From positions 172,362,001 through 172,426,000 of the forward strand of contig NC_086097.1 of assembly GCF_963921235.1 (NCBI RefSeq): a stretch of 64,000 nucleotides of DNA, in the 5' to 3' direction. The notes below the pieces were generated by a model. That model made no database searches, was not told the DNA's origin, and worked only from the letters and a program-made list of their open reading frames with translations. A program made the position numbers and the translations under genes. Numbering within the stretch: position 1 is the first letter of the stretch; each line of letters begins with the position of its first letter. This document shows, one piece after another, positions 58,029-64,000 of this stretch. The DNA is from Mobula hypostoma. Its lineage: Eukaryota.

Positions 58029-59739
58029 AATGGTTGATTAACAGGTAGTCTAAAAGAATTGAAGCATTACCGATGAACAACGAAGAAGACAGAAACAAAG
58101 CAATGTCCAATACAGACATTCCACATTTTCACCAGTCTCTGCTGGTGAAGTTTTATTGAATTCCTTACTGGAGTACAGAAGCCTGAACAAACCATGTACA
58201 AGAACAATTACTTCCCTTCAGATCTTAAATCAACCAACACAGCCCTAATCAGTACCTCTGTAAACAACATAACAACCACTTTGACCACGTTGCACTATAA
58301 TGGACTTCGTTATTTTAATATAATTTCTGTTAATTTATGGTTTTCTTTTGAATTCTGCTGATGATGCTATTTGTCTGTGAGGCTGCTATGAGTACAATTT
58401 CTGCATACAAATGCATGTGCATATTACAATAAGCTCTTGGACTTGTGACTTTGGATTTATTGATTTTTATATAACATCATTGTGTGTTAACTTTGAACTA
58501 CAGTACCCGAGGTAACACACCCAACAGATCAAGCATACAGCCAGGTCAATCCTGGTCAATATTTATTCCTCAAACCTATGCAGCTAAGACGTTTACCTGG
58601 TCACAGCTGTCATATGGAATCTTGCTGTGTACAAATTTGCTGCTGCATTTCTACAACACAGCAGAAGTCACATTCCAAAAATGCTTCATTGACTTCAAAG
58701 AACTTGGGAGAATACCCTAAGACAACAAAAAATGCAACACAGCAGCAATTTATGGTTCTAATGCCCGTGGGAATATACAGTGGGCCAGTCACAATGTTTG
58801 TCAGACGGAATGTTGGTGGGTGAAATGCGGCTGACAGACTCCCTCCCAATGCTTCTCTCCTTCACACTCCCCTCTCCTAGATTGTCTTGAAACAAACAGA
58901 CATACAAATTAGGAACAGAATATTCTGGACTTATCCCATGAGCCTGTTCTGATATTTAAATAATATCGTAGCTGATCTGATTGTAACCTCAATTCTGCAT
59001 TCTAGTAACCATTCACTCCTTTGCTTTTCAGAAAGCTATCTTCCCTCTGCCTTAGAAATATTCAAAGACTGTTTCAACACCCTTTGAGGAAGAGAGTTCT
59101 CAAGATATACAGTATAAGCCTCAGGGAGTGAAAAAAAAATCATCTGATGTCACTTAAATGAGCGATCCCTTACTTTAAAACAATGACTGTACTTACAGAA
59201 TGAATTTTGGATTTTCAGTCCAAAGTTTTAAAAATTGTAGAGACACGAGACTGCAGATTGTTGAATCTGGAACCAAAAATCAAACCACTTATTAAGTCCT
59301 GACATGGGGTCTCAACTTGAACCATTGAACATCCTTTACACCCAACAATGCTATCTGACTCCCTGAGTTACTCTAGAATTTTATCTTTCATTCAAAAGTT
59401 GTGTGTTGGACAATTGTGCGAAATATAAACCATCTTGTAATATGTTCTGTTTATTGCCTCCATTAAAAATTAATTTGGCAAAGTGTTAAATGACTGACTT
59501 GCAGACTCAACAACAGATTAGCTTAATGTGGTCATATATTTGATTTGGCTCCAGTGTGTCCATCAGTTTAATTACCTGTGTGCTGGTTAGTCAGGAGGTG
59601 GAAAGATTATTCTTTGAACGTTCTTTAAAGGAATTTTACCTGAATAAACAGAATATAATGTAATCCGGTGTTTTCATTAAATATAAATGGTAATGGGATA
59701 TAGGTGAAATTTTTTTTATTATTATTATTATTATCCCAA

Positions 59740-60960
59740 GGTTATCCTTCAGCCCAAGACGTCTGTGCTGTTCATGAATCTAAATTAAACTGAAACTGTC
59801 TGCATTCACATGGTCTATATCCCTCTATTTCCTGCATGTACTTTTGCCTCTCTCCCCTCACGTTCCAACAGTCTGGAGAAAATAATCAAAGACTGCCCAA
59901 CCTCTCTTTTCTGCTCATACCCTTTAATCCAGGCAGCATCCTAGTAAACCTTTTCTGCACCTTATCCATTGCCTCCACATCCTTCTTGTATAATAGGGTA
60001 ACTAGAAGAGCACACAATAGTCCAAGTGTGGCCTTACAAAACCTTAGAAGAATCTTACCTTTGATAAGATCTGCTCTTATATTTCGAAACTCTAAAGAAC
60101 AACCTCACCCTATTCATTTTTCCTCATATGAAATGAGTGGGGAGGAAGGGATGTTTCCAGGAGTGGGAGAGTCTAGGACCAGAAAGCACAGCATCAGAAT
60201 AAAAGCCTACCACTTTTGAGGAAGAAGTTCTTTATCCAGAGGGTGGTGAATCTGTGGAATTCATTGCCACGTTCAGCTGCGTAAGTGCAAATTGTTGGGT
60301 ATATTTAAAGTGGAGGTTGATTGGTTCCTTGACGAGTAAAGGTGTCAAAGGTTATGGGGAGAAGGTGAGAGAATGGGGCTGTCAGCCATGGCAGAGTTGG
60401 CTCACTAGGCTGAATGACCTAATTCTGCACCCATGTCTTACGGTCTTACAGAACATAGACCAGTACAGCACAGTACAAACCCTTCAGCCCATGATGTTTT
60501 GCTAACCTTTAACCTACTGCAAGATCAATCTAACCCTTCCCTCCCACAGAACCCTTCATTTTGCTTTGATCTGTGTGCCAATATAAGAGCCTCTTAAATA
60601 TTCCTAATGTATCTGCCTCTACCACCACCTCATGTTTCACGCACCCACCAGTTTCTGTGTAAGCAATTTACATCTGACATCCCCTCATTACTTTCCTCCA
60701 ATCACCATAAAATCAAGTCCTCTTGTATTAGCCTTTTCCACCTCGAGAGAAAGTCACTGGTTGTCCATTCCATTAATGCCACTTAACATCTTGTACACCT
60801 CTATCAAGTCACCCCTCACTCTCTTTTACTCTAAAGAGAAAAGCCTTAGCTCACTCGACCTATCCTTAGAAGGCATATTTTCTAATCCAGGCATCAGCCT
60901 GGTAAATCTCCTCTGCATCCTCCCTAAGGCTTCCAAATCCTTCTTATAATGAGTTGACTG
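59740..60960. mobile_element. Cluster of old CR1 3' fragments in both orientations
   Basis: FPGVGESRTRKHS, QRVVNLWNSLP on +; reverse-complement CR1 motifs at 59740-60030 and 60450-60960. Confidence 0.75.
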
Positions 60961-61334
60961 GAACTTACGGTCTTATGCTCTTCATAATGATGAGGTTACA
61001 GGTTTGGGGGATACTGTCAGGAGGACCGAGGTAGATAATTGCACGGAATTCTGTAGCTGGTGCACACTGTAGCCACAGGTAGTGGTGGGAATGAATGTTC
61101 AGGGTTAAATTAGTTCTGGTTAGTTTATTGTCATATATACCAGGATGCAATGAAAGTCCTTGCATATGAAAAGCTTACAGAGTAAACATAAATACAACAA
61201 AAATAAAAACAACAACCAGCACAAAACAACAGAATGGTGCAAAGTATAGTCATAAAAACTGAAGTATAGAAGTGAAAAATAAATGCACGTGTAGATGTAG
61301 AATGGGTCTGGGAGTATTCGTCAAGTCAACTCTT

Positions 61335-61770
61335 TGAGGAGAGCTAATGCAAAGGATCAAAATAAATTGCAGAGAATTGTAAACTTAGTCAGCTCCAGCA
61401 TGGACACTAGCCTCCATAGCATCCAGCATATCTTCAAGGAGCAATGCCTCAAAAAGGGGTCATCGATCATTAAGGAATCCCATTACCCAGGACATGCCCT
61501 GTTCTTATTGCTACCATCAGGAAGGGTGTACAGGAGCCTGAAGACACACATTCAATGGTTCATGAACAACTTCTTCCCTACTGCCATCCAATTTCTAAAT
61601 GGACTTTCAACCCATGAACACTACCTCAATAATTTTTTTTTAAATCTTGATTTTAACTATTTGCTGTAATTCACAGTTTTTTTCTCTATTATTATGTATT
61701 GCATTGTACTACTGCCACAAAGACAACAAATTTCACGACATATGCCGGTGATATTAACCTTGATTCTGAA
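61335..61770 (+). mobile_element. Rex-type LINE 3' fragment
   Basis: KLQRIVN, HYPGHALFLLLPSGRVYRSLKT..NNFFPTAI; GGTGATATTAACCTTGATTCTG tail. Confidence 0.8.
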
Positions 61771-63370
61771 ATAGATTGTAAAACACTGTGTCATTTAATT
61801 CAGTAGCTGGTTGAATGAATCCATTGTTCATGCAAAATTCTGATTTTCAATGAGACAATCACACCTCCTTTATGTACTAATTTTGAGGTTGGGATAATGA
61901 CTAAACATGTCCTGAAGACAGATAACCAAAGGGGAAAAACTGTTCCTTGGAGAATAAGGGAGCACAATGTGTCTTGACTTCCCTGTATAGTGGGACATAG
62001 GAACATGCCCCAACAAGCCATTGAGTTTGGGACTCATTTGAAACTTTTACCAATGAGATTGGCAAATGGTTATAATTCTAATATGTGAAACCTTTGCAAG
62101 TGAAATAGGGATCAATCATGATCTAAGACAGTTGTTCAAGAAGCTGAGTGGCTTGTTCCTCTGACTCCGTTGTTAACCTCCAAGTTTGGGTTGACAAAGC
62201 TGAGTGCTGAACTCCATCTAGTAAAGAATGAATTATTAATTAGCAGCTTATTGGGTTTGCGTAATTTGACAGATATGAAAAGATGTGTATTTTAAAGCTC
62301 AGAAGACGTTGATGATCTGTATACTATGTTAACAGCTAATTTTTCTCAAGCTTGCACTCATGGTGAGGAAAGATTTGCTGGGATGTTCGTGACTTCTTCT
62401 CTTCGAATAAAGATCAATTTGGTCAGGCCATTTGTGTGACTTAGGGCATGTTTTAACATTTCTCATCGTTTTATACTGGCAGTCTTTCATTGTCAATGGC
62501 ATTCTATATCTGCCACAGAAATGCTGTGCAATTAAAATAATGCCCTTTTCCTTGAGATGTTATTAAGCAGGGAATAAAGGGCAGGCTTTAGTGAAGGTCA
62601 GAACCATGAACAAAGTTCTGAACTCTTAATTGTAAAGTTTCGTTGAAGATTTTCTGATCTCCGGCCCTACGAAAAGAAACTCATGAGCCAAGAACCAGGA
62701 TGTCAGTTTTAACATGGGTCATAGACATGGAACATATTTTCAATAGGTCATAGTTTCATAGAAACAAACCCAAAGGAGTCTATGCTGAACACAAACCATT
62801 AATCTCATTTCATTCTCCACTCATTCCCATCAACTCCCTCCCAATTTTGCAGGAGGCAAACAGAACTTAGAATACACAACTTGAGGGGGTGATGGATGCA
62901 GATACCCTCACAGAATTTCAGCAGCATTTAGAGGAGAAATTTAATTATCATGAACGGGGTTTGTTTCTGTGCTGTCTGACACTGACACTGTGATGAACTG
63001 AATGACTTCATTTAGCATCCTAGCTTACCTACTATTTAATGTCTTACAACAGGAATCTTGAAAAAGAAGTTGGAGTATTTGGCAAATTGAGAAAATATAT
63101 GCCAGAGAATGTTGATCAAAATGTTACATGATGCAAAGAGGTTGAACAGTTGGGACTGATTCTGATTTTATGAAATCAACATTCAAGGTACCTTAAATGG
63201 GAATCTTGGTCGCCGAATGTTTTATTACCTCTGGATTTGGCTCCAATCATCTTCCATTCACAACCCTCTTTAATTGTCCTGTTCATATCCACAACATGTC
63301 CCTCTCACTCATTCCTTTAGTCCCTGCTTAGTTGATCCAAAGCTTCATACTTGCAGTCTTCACCTTGCTT

Positions 63371-63652
63371 ATAACTCTCTCTGTTTCTCTGTGACTCCTC
63401 CTGAAACTTGCACACCAAAACCCCATCTCCAATCCACTTTATAAACTTCCGCTGTTTCTCAATGACTCCTTCCGAAACTTTCACACCAAAACCCCATCTC
63501 CAATCCACTTTATAAACGTCCTCTATTTCTCTGTGACTCCTTCTGGAACTATCACACCAAAACCCCATCTCTAATCCACTTTATAAACTTCCTCTGTTCC
63601 TCTGTGACTCCTCCCAAAACTTTAACACTAACACCCCACCCACCAATCCACC
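63371..63652 (+). repeat. Minisatellite, ~71-bp unit x4
   Basis: Units start at 63371, 63441, 63512, 63583; core GACTCCT..AAACT..CACACCAAAACCCCATCTC.AATCCACTTT. Confidence 0.9.
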
Positions 63653-63904
63653 TTATTTTTACACTATTTATTTCTGTTGATAATTTATAGTAATTTAATG
63701 TCTCTGAACGGTACTGCTGCCACAAAACAATGAATTTCACATGAGCCAAATTAGTGATAATAAATCTGATTTTTAATCCAATTCAGGGACCTTCAGAGAA
63801 GGAAGCAATTGCCCTTCCCCAGTCCAGTAGGTGTGTGCCTCCAGAACCATTAATGTGAGTCACATTAGCTGCCTTCTCTGTTCAGGGCAGTGTGGTAGCA
63901 TTTT

Positions 63905-64000
63905 AGGGAGGTATAGTAGTGTAGGGTTAGCAAAACGCTATTACAGCACCAGCAACCTGGGTTCAAGTTCTGTCATTGTCTGTAAGGAGTTTGTATATCC
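63905..64000 (+). mobile_element. 5' part of a V-SINE (runs off window)
   Basis: TAGTGTAGGGTTAGC A box, GGTTCAAGTTC B box, TGTAAGGAGTTTGTA; same family as 2475-3870. Confidence 0.7.

Noticed and set aside
62351..62362. Possible 12-nt microexon (CTCAAG|CTTGCACTCATG|GTGAGG)
   Set aside because: Weak AAG acceptor, short pyrimidine tract and no supporting gene context
63371..63652. Possible CRISPR-like array
   Set aside because: Contiguous units with no unique spacers, no cas genes, eukaryotic context

Overview
Eukaryotic, repeat-dominated DNA with no recognisable host protein-coding gene, rRNA, tRNA or CRISPR array; it is probably intronic or intergenic. The repeat mix (CR1/HER1-like LINEs, HE1/V-SINE-like SINEs, Rex1/Babar LINEs, Penelope-like elements) suggests a cartilaginous fish such as a ray or shark (inference). 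Every long ORF is retrotransposon-derived. The window holds three near-identical young CR1 copies from two subfamilies and many older CR1 fragments, plus Rex1/Babar LINEs including an internally deleted bipartite derivative. It also holds an R4/Dong-like element inserted in a (TAA)n tract, a Nimb/I-group LINE with RNase H, a deleted Gypsy provirus and four solo LTRs with target-site duplications (TSDs). Two Neptune-type Penelope-like elements (PLEs) are present. The most interesting signal is RNA-level: both PLEs end in a minimal type-I hammerhead ribozyme (intact at 53661-53696) followed by a second conserved helix. Decayed copies of this ribozyme-bearing terminus recur at several other loci without the ORF. 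Both PLE copies also share a YIG->Y(I/M)D change in the GIY-YIG endonuclease. Insertions are deeply nested, up to about six layers at 31040-36870. Boundaries were read by eye; those not fixed by a TSD are approximate.
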